From positions 2,005,730 to 2,069,729 of the forward strand of contig CAJINV010000015.1 in the NCBI GenBank assembly GCA_905178155.1: a stretch of DNA of 64,000 nt, given 5' to 3'. Source of the DNA: Amoebophrya sp. A120 (Eukaryota; Protista; Dinoflagellata). The notes beneath the pieces were generated by a model. That model saw only the letters and a list, made by a program, of their open reading frames with translations, did no database searches and was not told the DNA's origin. Position numbers and translations under genes: made by a program. How positions within the stretch are numbered: the stretch's first letter is position 1; every line of letters starts with the position of its first letter. Positions 37,901-49,726 of this stretch are shown piece by piece.

Positions 37901-40900
37901 ATTTCAACTTTGACGATTTCAATCCTGACGCTTCCATACTTTGGCGTTAGCGCTTAAATCTTCACGAAGGTCTTCTACTTGTTTACGTTGGGAATCTTGA
38001 TGTAAGAAGTTCCTCATATCTGCGTCGGGGTAGAAGTTCGTTGGATCGTGACTTTTCAACACCGGCGCGCCTTTCACGGCGCCACTGCTTGTTGTCCCAC
38101 AGTTGTCTTTCTGTTGTGGTGTTACTTCTTCCCGCGGCAACGAAGTGCGAGCCGGCAGCTTCTTCGAATTTTTACCATGCGCCTTGCCACTCTGCGCAGA
38201 TGGCTGATTCGGCAAAGTAGACTCTGATTGGTTTGTGCTCCGAGTAACAGGACGAGCATTGCAAACGTTATCCGTTTGATGTTGTTCCACTGACGCAGGC
38301 GCCGTTTTTCCTCCTTTCACAACGACTTTGTCACGACTCTTGTTCGTTTTGTTCTGCTTCTGGTTCTGCCCCCCCGCGCAGTTGGCCCCGGACGAGCTAT
38401 TTGCAGCTGTGGGTGTTGTTGACTGATGATTATTAGCCTGTGCCCCCGTAGTACTAGCAGATGCTGCGGCATTGGCTTTTCGCTTCCGCTTGTCTGCTCG
38501 GGCACCTCCTTTCGGGATTGATGTTGCCTGCACAGTAGAAACTGCGACTTTACCTCCCTTGCCGGCGGGGGAATCTGCTTCCGGCAGCCCTGCCTTGTTT
38601 CCAGCTTCTTTTTGGTTCGCGACCTGCGGCGGCTGGTGGTTTTGGGTATTGATACGAGTAGCAGCTGCACCTCCGATGCTGGACGCCGGGGCAGTCGTTT
38701 TATCAGCAGAGGGAACTGCACGAGGGTTGAAGGGGGACCTCTCCTGTTCGCCTACTTTCATCTGCGAGAAGATCTGTGCGTCGTTCTTGTCGTGCAGCGT
38801 CTTCGCAGTCGTCTTTCCAATTCCACCGTCCGTTGAAGTTTCTTGATATCGCTCGCGACACAACTCGTTCATAGCAGCTGCTACTTTGCTGTCAGCAACC
38901 GCATGAGCAGTGGAATTCGACGTCCTACTTCCGTGGTCTTCATCTTCATCGCGCGCTATTTTGATGGTACCCATAGTACAGCCACCGGCCCCTGCATCAA
39001 AGCACTTCGGCGATTTATTCATCTGCCTTGCGGCCAACACTCGTTTTTGCTCCTCAGCGAACCCTACGACATCGAAGCCGTGCACTTCCCACAGAAGAGA
39101 CCGATTTGTGTTGTCTAAATGCTTTCCCAGCTGGTCTGCGGTATGGTCAAATTCGTCATCGGACTCTGCGACAGAAGTTGCCACAGAACGGGTCTCGAGG
39201 TGGTCTCTAGCTGCACCATCGAGGTCAACAGCAGTTGTTCCCTGTCGGCCCGCAAGCTGCAGACCACCTTGCCTGCAAGAGAAGGCGCCGGTGGTCCCTG
39301 TCCTCGTCCTGCTCTTGGTGGAGGATTCTGCTTCATTAGAAGCCCTGGTGTCGTGTTGTACCATGGCCAGGGGAGCAGCATCAAACGCATTTCTTTTTCT
39401 CCTGCCAACTTCGTCTACTTCACCGCCCGAAAAATGCTGGGCAGCTCGGGGCGCCTTGGAAAATAAATTTTTGTCTGTCCAGGAAACAGAAATGGGACGA
39501 GTCGTCGTTCCTGCGTCGTCGATGTGGTCGAGAGAGAAGCAAGTGGTCCGCTGCTTAACATCTTCTTCCAATGATCTACTTTGGGATTGCTTTGGCGAAA
39601 GAAGGACGCAGCGGCCCGCACTCCGCCCATCCACAACAGTTGCTGTTTTTTCCTGCTGCAGTTGTTGATGGTTTAGGATTTTGGGCGGGTAGCCACAATG
39701 TTTGCTGTGTTCTTTGCCGTGTACAAGTCCCGGCTCATCTTTGCTGTGCTTCGGGGACGAGTTTTTGGCACCAAAAGTAGTACCCCCAGCAGGTCGGATA
39801 TTTTCGTGCTTACACGGCGAAGTTGTGGGGGATCCAACTCCTAATTGAGACGACGTCGAGCAGGGGGCACGATCATCATGCAATCCAGCATCGACCACGA
39901 CATGCTCGACGCGGCTGTGGGAAGTCGAGCGATTCGCCTGTTTTTTTCCGGTCGGTGATGAGGTTAATATTACCGGTGCTAGAGCTCCTCCTCCGTGGGA
40001 GCTGCATGTGCCAGACCTGCTGCTCATCGTCCCGGCTCCTGCAGAACAAGCAGGGGAAGCGGAAGCACGAGCAGACAAAGACGCCACTGGTGACCGTCCA
40101 GAAACACCGGGCCGCGTAGGAGCTGCAGACGATGCAGCTGCAGCCGTAGGCACTGCCGCGGTAGAAGTTGCTCCTTGTCTCTTGTGCTGCTTTTTAGAAC
40201 TAGTAGTACCGTTTTGACTAGTAGGAGTACCTCCTCCAGTTCCAGTAGACGAAGTAGTGATTGGAGAAGAAGAGCAAGCCGAAACAGTAGAAACACGACT
40301 TCCTGCTCCAAAAACTGGCAACATCCGTCCTCGGATGATGGACCCCAACGTTGCAAAACTGCGTCTCCAAGCATATACCATATCGGTACAAAACTCGACC
40401 AAACTAGCGGAAATTGCTTTCGCCGTGGACCAAACCCAACTGCACTTCACGCAGACTGATACAGCAATCGCTCTGCAGTAGACCTTATCAAATGTAAAAA
40501 TGTCATCTGGGTCTGGAAGAGTCATGCTGTTTTTGCATGACACGCAAGGTCTGGCATGGAAGCTCTAACATCACAGGTTTCGCGAAGCTTCCGCAATGCC
40601 TAATCCGCATGACAGATCCCCCATTTTGCCGACAGAAAGCGGGCAGCTTTTGCTACCTATGCATGAGAGAATTTTCTGTGTTTTGAAATGCGCATCACAA
40701 GTTTGTCTTCTTCCAGACCCAGACATTTTTGCAATGTATAGACCTCCAGCCCAAGCTTCAAGTAGATGACGCACACCCGGAAGCCAAAGCGTATCCAGGA
40801 AAAAACACCCATCCCCATCCATTTTTTGCATGGCAAATAGTGGATTGCATGCATGCTTTGCATGACAAATTGGATGGGGATGCATGTTTTTCCCGGTCGA

Positions 40901-43900
40901 TAAAGCGCTTGTGTTGCCGATCGTGTAAACCCGCTAACAGATGTTGTAACGGCTTCGATCCCCCGCCGGCCGGGTCAAGCTTTAATGTGGAGGTTTTGAA
41001 AGGTTGACCATTGCCACCACCTCCCGAGGATGCTTGACCTCCACCTCTATAGTTTCTCCTGTTAATACCCGCAGAATTATGCTGCTGTTGCTGTTGCCGG
41101 TCCCGGTTACACGACCCAGCAGATCCGCTACCAGCAGAGCTATGTTGCCTAGAATTCTGCTGGTGACTACTATTCTCCTGCATCCGCATATCACGAGAAA
41201 AAAGTATTACAGAGACGCATCTGTTGCAGTTTCTGCATCACAAATTTTCTCTGTGTGGCAGAGGAAACTTGTAATGCGAAGATCAAAAGGGAAAACAGAA
41301 AGGCAACGAGGCTCCCAAGCATTTCCTGCATGAGAGAGGTTGTCTGTGTTGCCGGTCTTGCAACACACTGTGTAACTCTAACACTTTTTTCTTGCGATAC
41401 TGCAGTTGGATGCGGCTGATGGTGGTTTGCTGCGCCAGGCGGTGAAAATGTTCGGTGCGTCCCCGATGCACGAGCACGGCGAGAAGAGACGTGAGAACGG
41501 TGAGAAAAAAAGAAACCAGAAGTGCGAAGTTACTAGACTCTAATGAGTCGGTTTCCACCGTGCGGCTCTTGTGCTGCAGATTTTTACCCGTCGGCGCTCC
41601 TGGGTAAGATGATGTGGACGACGGTGATTGATGGTGCATATTTCGCGGCAATGATCCTGCTCCTGCTTCTGCCGTAGCAGCTGTGCCATCGATCTTCGTA
41701 GAAGAATATTGGCTAGTAGTACCAGTGTTTTTATTTTTGTTGGATCCATGGTTATTTGGGCCGCCGGCACCGTGGCCACGATTCCTCTGCCCTATCGGAA
41801 AGACCGGCTTTCTCGTCCCGTCGGCGAGAACTTCCATCATTTGCCCCGTTACCGGATCCTTCTCTGCGAAGTGGCGGGGGGACCCGGGGGGCGCGTCGAC
41901 GTCCTGCAGGATGTAGGTGTCCACTGCTGGAGTGTTCGGATCGTCATCCCCGGCCCGCCCGCCTTTACGCATGTGAGACGGCAGAGGTATCGGTTCCGCG
42001 TATCCACAGGAAAAAACTACACCCATCCGCATCCATTGTTTGCATGACAAGCACATGACTTGAACTTGATACGTGTTTTGCATGACAAATTGGATGGGGA
42101 TGGGTGTTTCTTCACTGTAATACCGCGAACTGAAACTCCATCGCCCTGGTCAACTTACCTTTGGGCGAAAAGGTTTTCTCAGTCATGATCGTCCTGGTCT
42201 TCACCTTGGCCGGCGCAACTGGTGCGCCAGCAGCACCGTCAGCAGGAGATGGACCTCCTCCTGCGAGATCATGCGCAACACCTCGTAGGTCCTCGGTGGT
42301 CTTCCTCGGGGTTGTACTTGTTGTACCTTCAGATGTCAATCTTTCTTCGTGCGTTGTACTTGAAGTAGTACTAGACCCCACATCCTCCGTCCTCCACCAG
42401 GAATACTCTTTGATGTCGTCCATCTCGATCCCGTTTGCTTGAAAAATTTTCCCGACCTTATCCCCCAGCACATCCATCCGCGGGTCGTGGCCGTTGTCGT
42501 CATGCACTACTTTATTTGTATTCCCCCCTCCAGCTTCCTCCCACACGACCTTCTCAACCTCCTTGCTGATCCTTTCCAGCTATCCAACAAAAAAGTGTTA
42601 ACGATAACGGTTTTCACAAATGGCAGCCATGAATTACAAATTTTGCCTTCCATGCATGCTACGCAATACAAAAACAAATTTGCGCACCTTTTCTGATGCA
42701 TCACTGCATCACAAATTCCGTTAACGTTAACACTTTTTTTTGTGATACCAGCTCGGTCAACTTCGTCTTCTCGTCCGCACCGTCTTCAATGTGGTGCACT
42801 TTCGGGTCGTTTCGTTTCGCAGCTTTCGGCGTCGACAGACACAGAGGTTCTTGACGGTCACCTCCAGATGGTGTAAAAATGGTAGGCGAGATTTTATTGT
42901 TGGAATTCAATGCAATACTAATGTCCGCCCTGTACTGCCCGCTCTCTTTCATCTTGCCCTTGGGCGAAACTCGAAGATGCGTTTCTACTGTTTTCTCTTC
43001 TCGACGTCGTCCCGAGGCAGGAGCCACGGAGTTCTTGTCACGACGAGGAGAAGTAGTAGTTCTTGATGTTGTAGCAGGAGCTTCCTCGTCCTGCCACCCG
43101 TCCGAACTTTTCTCCTCGCAAATTACATCTCCACGCGGTTCTTGGTGCTCGTCATTATTTCTTGGCTTGTGTAGAACCGGCTGGGGACGAGATTTAGGGG
43201 CTGACGCCCGCTCGGTGTTCTCGGAGGAGGTCGTCATGGTACTCGTGCTAGAAGTTCCTGTGCTGCGCTTGTTCTCGTCCACCGATCTGGTAGTAGGGCG
43301 GGTACTGTTGCCATCAACATGATCTACTTCCAACTCGCCTCCTCCACCTTCGCGTCCTCCAAACATGAACCGCATAAAGCGATCTCCAAAGGAAGTTAAA
43401 AACCAGCTCTGCACGATCACAAGAGAAAGTGTTAACCTTAACGGAATTTGTGATGCAGAAATGCATCACAAGACGTGTCAGAATTTGTCATGCATAGCAT
43501 GCATATTGGGCTACATTTGTAATGCATGACTGCAATCGGTGAAAACCGTTAACGTTAAAACTTTTCTCTGTGATATGCGTCAACAGCTTCCCCTGAGCGT
43601 TCTGCCTATCAAATGTAAAAATGTCTGGGTCTGGAAGAATACAAACTTGTGATGCTAAATCTGGATCATGAAAAAATTTGTGTTGCATGAGTGTCAAAAG
43701 CTGTCCACTTTTGACCAAGTTGGGAGTGAGTTTGTCATGCAGGATAGGCATGATACAGATCTCACAGAATCTGTCATGCTAGATCCTGCATAATTCCAGA
43801 CCTCATGCGTCATGTTGAACCTGCATGACAAATCTTGCAATCTTCCAGACCCAGACATTTTTACAATCCATACTGCCCAAAGTTAAGCAACACCTTCCAA

Positions 43901-43995
43901 AAGCTCCTACCCTCCGTGAAGACGTAGTAAAAACCCAACTCGAGAAGTAACAGAGTGCACGAGAGACCGACGAAGGCGAAGGTAATGTAAAACAT
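34360..43995 (-). CDS. Large low-complexity hypothetical protein with N-terminal hydrophobic anchor, 14 exons
   Basis: First in-frame ATG 43995 (MFYITFAFVGLSCTLLLLELGFYYVF; frame open to about 44229); 13 introner excisions each keep frame. Confidence 0.7.
34936..35146. mobile_element. Introner family F
   Basis: TIR TATCAC..GAAAAAAGTGTTACAGTTACACATT; TSD TAATT. Confidence 0.93.
35625..35744. mobile_element. Introner family E
   Basis: TSD CAGTT. Confidence 0.92.
35808..36087. mobile_element. Introner family C
   Basis: TSD TTCTG; joins PTQN|YAN. Confidence 0.93.
37115..37259. mobile_element. Introner family A
   Basis: TSD TACCA; joins KNVV|KTV. Confidence 0.92.
37350..37553. mobile_element. 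Introner family H (strongly eroded)
   Basis: TATGCAATAC..ATTTACCG / CGGTAAAT..GATA; TSD GCGGG/TCGGA; joins GWS|ALAM. Confidence 0.72.
37632..37938. mobile_element. Introner family I (307 bp; core inverted relative to the 33712 copy)
   Basis: TSD TTTTG/CTTTG; joins NAK|RTT. Confidence 0.93.
40486..40740. mobile_element. Introner family B; GT-AG compatible
   Basis: TSD GACCT (AG|GTC on the coding strand). Confidence 0.92.
40792..40902. mobile_element. Introner family E
   Basis: TSD AAGCG; joins KRF|GFR. Confidence 0.9.
41189..41399. mobile_element. Introner family F
   Basis: TSD CCGCA/CTGCA. Confidence 0.9.
42001..42122. mobile_element. Introner family E
   Basis: TSD CCGCG; joins QFA|EPI. 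Confidence 0.9.
42581..42747. mobile_element. Introner family G
   Basis: TSD CCAGC; joins TEL|ERI. Confidence 0.92.
43415..43575. mobile_element. Introner family G (left terminal T changed to G)
   Basis: TSD TGCAC/TGCGT; joins LLTQ|SWF. Confidence 0.88.
43607..43872. mobile_element. Introner family B
   Basis: TSD CTGCC; joins FGQ|NAQ. Confidence 0.93.
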
Positions 43996-45902
43996 CACGG
44001 TCGCCCTCGCCGCGTGGTGGTGTTCTCGCCCAAGAAAAGTTTCTTTAGCTGTTGCCGCAATGGTCCGAGTAAGTTGTAGCAATATTGTTCCTGATGTTCT
44101 TTCTGAAGAAGAAGTAGAGATTGCGGTTAGAAGATTTTGGTTGCTGGCAGTCACGTGTACTACTGCTGATCGACGCCGACAGACGCGACACAGTAGACAG
44201 AAAGGTATTTTTCCTTGGGTAGACGACACGGAAACTGAAACGACGCTGGACCTAATAAATATTGAGGTTTTGTGGTCGAATGTTGACCACCTATACGCGA
44301 TGAAGATGTATTTCTATAATTTGCTTCTCCGATTGATTTGATGCTTTTGCCACAACTTCTAGATCTAGATTCGGCGATTACATTATCCACGAAATTCGAA
44401 TTCCAGACCGCTTGATGTTGCTATAGTTTTCTCGTAGACCAAAAATTTCAATTTGTCAATCGATAGAGGAAGTCATCAATGTAGATAGAAGTAGTCTTTT
44501 TGTCGGAGCTCCTGTTCACACAGATGGAGAACCGCGCTGCGACACTTCGAAGGGAAGATAAAGTTGTTGAAGATCGTGGTGATAGTTGAAGAAGGTTGCT
44601 TTGGCTTTCGTCCTATTTTTGTACACGCCTGCTCCTTTCAGATACCTTTTTTTGATGAAGTTGTTCTGGTAGAAGTACAACGAAATCTTGTTTTCCGGGA
44701 TGAAAGTGAAACCAGCTTAACGCAAGACTTTCCTGAGCGTGCACGTTGGTCCGTCGTGAAAGTTTAGCTTTGACACCGGCGGAAGGTGATCGCCGGTAGT
44801 ACAAATATGCTCCAGAGCAGCGAGCGTTCAGGATGTTGTATCCCGCAAAACTCGTCTTGGTCTTCCTGCCTGCTTTCCGCCAATACGGGTAAAGAGCCTC
44901 GGTGCTGGTAGAGACAGAGAAACCTCGTGGACCACGTCCACCACGTCTGCTTCGTTATATTTGATGTGGACAGATCAACAAACAATCTTCGCTTGAAATA
45001 TATTATGCTGACAATCCTATATTGTTCGGTTTGGAATGTTTCTTCACAGCTCGGTGATTCCCTCACCCAAATGAGGAAACTAACTTACCCTTCTATGCGA
45101 ATTTTTTGTACAAGAACATCCGGTTGTAGTTGTCTTAATGGTGCAGTTCGTTGACGTCCACGCACCACGACCACGACGACAATACATAGAAAAAAGAACT
45201 ACGAGAGAACAAAAAGGGATGATCGCACAGAAAACAACGGGCATAGAAAAGGTCTGGATCGTCCATGTGCAGATCTTGATCCAAAAGCTTAGTAGATAAG
45301 AAAACTTGCTAAAAATGCTGGTTCCTTCGCGGACTTCTCAAAGTTAAACAAGCTGAAACAGGTAACACCCGATGGAAAGTTTGATGATCGTCTGAAGATG
45401 TTTAGTGCGAGAAACGCAAACGCGTACGCAAGAAAATGAGAGATGAAAATGGCCGTGCGAGCGTGTCATGGGTCCAACTTCATTCATCAAGCTGATCCCG
45501 GCGCACTATCGTCCCCTGGCTGCCGCGCAGCTGGAGCCCGACTGAGAAAGTACCACGACACTGAGCCGCACATAGAAAGGGCAATGGTCGTCGAATGTAG
45601 TTCATCGAAGTTGGAACACAACTGGTTACATTTGTCCAGGTCCGCTGCAATGGCATCCAATAAAACAAGCGAGCAACAACTACCGCACAATCTCACGGTG
45701 ACCTTAATCGAGTCCCGAATTCTTTTTTTTCTTATGGATGCGAAAACAGTAACAAAGTCGTGCTAGTATCGGAGCGCATTTTTCGAGCGGATTTTTCGCT
45801 GTTTCATCTGGGCTTCTCTTTCAGACGGAGATCTACTCTCTCCCGCCAAAAAGAACTTCTGCTACATTGAGATCGTCGCACCACACTGACAAACGCTTCA
45901 TC

Positions 45903-48628
45903 TCAAATCTGCCGGAACTCTTTTCCACTGACGATGTGATACAACAGTCGATACTGCTTCTCGTGTTCAACCACAGCGTTCATTTTTTTTCCCCCCGGAG
46001 GAACCAAAACGTCGAAGTTGAGTTTTTTCTCGCAGAACCGCCGAAGCTTCTGCATCATGTGCATGGTGTCATCCAGAAAGGGTTTTTCGAGCAACGCCAG
46101 ACAGGCAAAGACTTCCCCGAATAAAATTTCGATTTTTCTCCCGTTCTCCACCACCTCGGACAACAGACACTGTCCATCTTGCATCGCGTTGGCGCGCGAA
46201 ATGAGCTGATTCACTTTCAACGTGAGTTGTTTTCCAATCAGGATCGGGTTCTGTCGGTGGTCCGGGGACAAAAGCGTTTGGTGGATGTAGCTGAGCATTG
46301 AGCTGTTGACGTTGATTTCATCATTTAGCATGCTGGTCGTTGTTGTGCAGGCAGTTGTTGCATCTGGTGCTGCATTTTGTAGTTTCACCGCCACCGCCTT
46401 GTGGGTCTTAGAACTTCCTTCCGCATGGAATTCGTCTGACGGTAAAGATTTTGTTCCGTCCTCCTTCAGCTCGGCATCGTCAGAGCTGCCAAAAGTAGCA
46501 GTTTTTTGAGCCGACAACAAAGTCAAATCTTGTTGCTGCTCGTGTTGCTTGTCTTCTTCTTGTAGCTCCTCATCTATTTTTTCGACTGCCGCATCAGCCT
46601 GATCTTCATGATCTCCGTCGCCGTCCTCCGAGGGGATTTCTTCTTCATCATTTGGCTCTTGTTCGAAAATTTCCACCCCGTCCGACCCCGCATCTTCCTC
46701 TTCCTCGTCTGAGGAACCGTCGCTGTTTTCGCTTCCATCTTTGCCGAGAAGCGTGAAATCGAAAACGGTCTTCTGCTTCTTGTATCTCAGCATAGTTTCG
46801 GATTTGCGATGAAGGGAGTGCTGTTTTCCTTTCCCTTTCTTCTTGACGGGCTGGGGCATGGGATCCACCTCTTTATCGAATTGATCGGATTCTTCATCAC
46901 TATCGTCATCGTCGTCGGCTACGGACGAATTGTCGTGTAGCTCCGCAAACAAGTTGTCCTTGTCCTCTTCCAGCATCTCCACTACTTCTCCATCGCTTTC
47001 ATCGTCATCCACCTCCGCGCTCTCTTCATCCGGCGCATCAGCATCTGCCAGTGGCGAACTTGTTGTAACTGGTTTCTGTATTTCCGCCTGCAGCTTCGCT
47101 CGCAATTCTCCAAACTTTTCCAGGAACTGAATCTCCTCTGCATTCGGGCTGACCATTTTCCGCTGCATGTCCGACCACGACGTCTCTTGGAACAGTCTGG
47201 GGCTGACCTTGACCATCTTCCGCTGCATGTCCGACCACGACGTCTCTTGGAACAGTCTCGCGGTCGCAGAAATGGCAGGTTTGGAAGTAATACCACTGTG
47301 CTGCTCCTGGAAGTGGTCTTGTTTCTGTTCATTTGCGTCCTTCAGTTTGCCTTGGTCTTTGGCCAGTGCCGTCGTGGTGGTTTCTGGCTCTTGCAGCAGC
47401 GTTGATGGCCTCGTTGCATCCGCATCTACAGTAGTTGCTCCAGTACAAGTTCCACTGTCCGCCGGGAGCTGCACACCAGCACCTGTCGCGGTGGTCTGAT
47501 TCATCTTGCCGCTCGGGGGCAGCTGCTCCGGTGCAGCTTGTTCCGGGGCATTCACAGACTTATCGTTCTCCAGCTGCTTTATTTTCCGCCTGCTCGCCTT
47601 CTCCTCCACCTCCTATGGATTGCAAAAGTATCGTACTCGTATCAATGCATTACAAATTTTCTCAGCATGAAAAATAAAATTTGTAATGCGGATTTACCTT
47701 AAGAGCAAGATTTGTAATGCACGTTTGCGATTACTACGAGTACGATACTTTTGCACAGGATACCTCCTTCGCAACGACAACTTTCGGGCACTGGTACAGC
47801 CGCTCGTACTGTATATGGAAGCGTCAGGTTTGAAATCGTCAAAGTTGAAATGATTTGTCATGCATAAAATGCAAGGCATGAAGTGCCTGTCTTGCCGGGA
47901 TGGCAAGTGAGGCCGCGTGTCAGCCTGTTTAGGGTTTGAAGTAGAGCTGCTAAAGGAGCATGACAAAAGCAGTCGTCTGTGCCCAAACAGCATGACTAAT
48001 TGGATTTCGGTGCTCGGAAAATTTGTGATGCGCCGCTTGGAAATTGGGTTTCCAACTGGTATACATTTTATGCATGACAAATCATTTCAACTTTGTCGAT
48101 TTCAAACCTGACGCTTCCATACTGTACGCGCCTTAAATATTCGATCGCGTCCAAATCTTCAAGCTTCTCCTTTCCCCAGTCCGGTTTTTTCGGCGGTTTT
48201 TCCTGCCCATCTCGCTCGTCGATCAGGGCAAAACACTGCCGACCGATAGGCTCGTCGTCTTCGGAGGAAGTGCTGTCAGACGGCGCGCGGTCATGTGCTT
48301 CCCACTCTTCTTCTGATTCCTCGTAGTTGTTCTTCGTGCAATGATTTTGGTCGCCGTGTTGTTTTTCATTTTTTTGCTCCGCATCAGAACTGGTGTCAAG
48401 AAACCCGCTGCCTCTGTCTTCGAAACTGGAATCGAGGTCCAGATCAGTCGCGCGGTTCATCTGGCGCTGTTTGTTGCTGTTCTCCCCAAGAACTGTATCT
48501 TCCATTGTGGAGGTAGTCGTAGCTTCTATCACGACCGCTTTTGAAGATCCATCAGGCTTTTCCAACTTCGCCTGTTCCTTTGCCCGTTGCCGGGCTTCCT
48601 GGTTCTTCTGCCCGCCACGACGGCCCAT
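45903..48628 (-). CDS. GEMIN2: Gemin2/SIP1 (SMN-interacting snRNP assembly factor)-like protein with acidic expansions, 3 exons
   Basis: Spliced N-terminal motif EYLRRVQ|YERLYQCPKVVVA and C-terminal FACLALLEKPF..MQKLRRFCE..LLYHIVS..FRQ match the Gemin2 EYLRRVQ..CPDVVVA and ALLACLEKPL motifs. Confidence 0.8.
47151..47258. repeat. In-frame 60-bp-period duplication in Gemin2 (RLFQETSWSDMQRKMV x2)
   Basis: 48-bp block at 47151 and 47211 with one mismatch. Confidence 0.9.
47614..47762. mobile_element. Introner family A; GT-AG compatible
   Basis: TSD CCTCC (GGAG|G on the coding strand). Confidence 0.93.
47814..48121. mobile_element. Introner family I with near-perfect TIRs
   Basis: TSD CTGTA; interrupts EYLRRVQ|YE. 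Confidence 0.93.
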
Positions 48629-49726
48629 ATTGATATTTGCGAAAATCGAAACTATACCACGGTATCAACGTCTACGTCGGCTACGGTGGACTTACAAATA
48701 TCTGCGGCCAGAATGATGATCTGAGGTCGTCACAAATAAACTCAAAGACCTCGTCGTGTGCTTCTCTATTTCTTCTGCTTCGTTCACTACTTGACTCAAA
48801 TCGGAAAGAGCTACGGTCTAGTTTTCCTACGTCGCCTGGTGTCAACATCAACATGATTTGTGAAAATGTTGAGCAGTCAAAATTTTGTAGCTCGTCAGCA
48901 CATGTATCTTCAAAAAATTGGCACTGGTGCAGGTGAAAGAACCATCGAGAGAAAGAGGATCCAAATTCTGCAGGAGCTCCTGTCTTGGATTACTTATTTC
49001 TTCCTCGTGCTTCTATCTTCCAATACGATCAGAGGATCAGTGCGTCAGCGATTCCGAACCAAACTGATCTTTTTGAACGACGAACGGAAAAAAGCAAAGC
49101 TTACCTCCGGGGGAAAAATAAGTCAGAAATGATCTGCATGTGCTATTTATTGCTTTCGATATCGATTTTTTCAATGGATCATCTAGGAAGCAATGCACTC
49201 CGGCAGCAAGAACATCACTAGCCACAGTACCACCTTAGGTGGTTTCCCACCACTAGTACAAAGGCATGATTAGTTCGCCTAAACATAATTATTTCGACTA
49301 ACTCAAACTCTGTACTTTGGACGTTTTCCCCTTGGCAAGTGAGCACTTGTTCGAGGTGGGAGGTCCTATCTTGGATATAAAACATGTATGATGAGTTCTT
49401 TGTGACTGGGTAGTCACAATTGATAACACAAAAAATCGAAATCCAATTCATTTGTTTGGGGGGTACTAGTCATTTTCGCATGATCTTCATGAGGATTGTA
49501 GGTTGCATTCGCATGGCCGGTTGTTGTGTGTGTCCTACTTGAAAAAGTCATGTCGAGATCGTAAGCGTATTTCACCTGCAAACAAGGGGACGACTTGTCG
49601 CTGGCACGTTCATAATTCAAGGAATATTCAAAGCAAAATTCAATTATTTGTTTGTCATGCTGCTGCCCTAGAGGGAGGTTACTTGCATGCAATAATCACC
49701 GTAATACCAGTGCTCATTTTATCATT

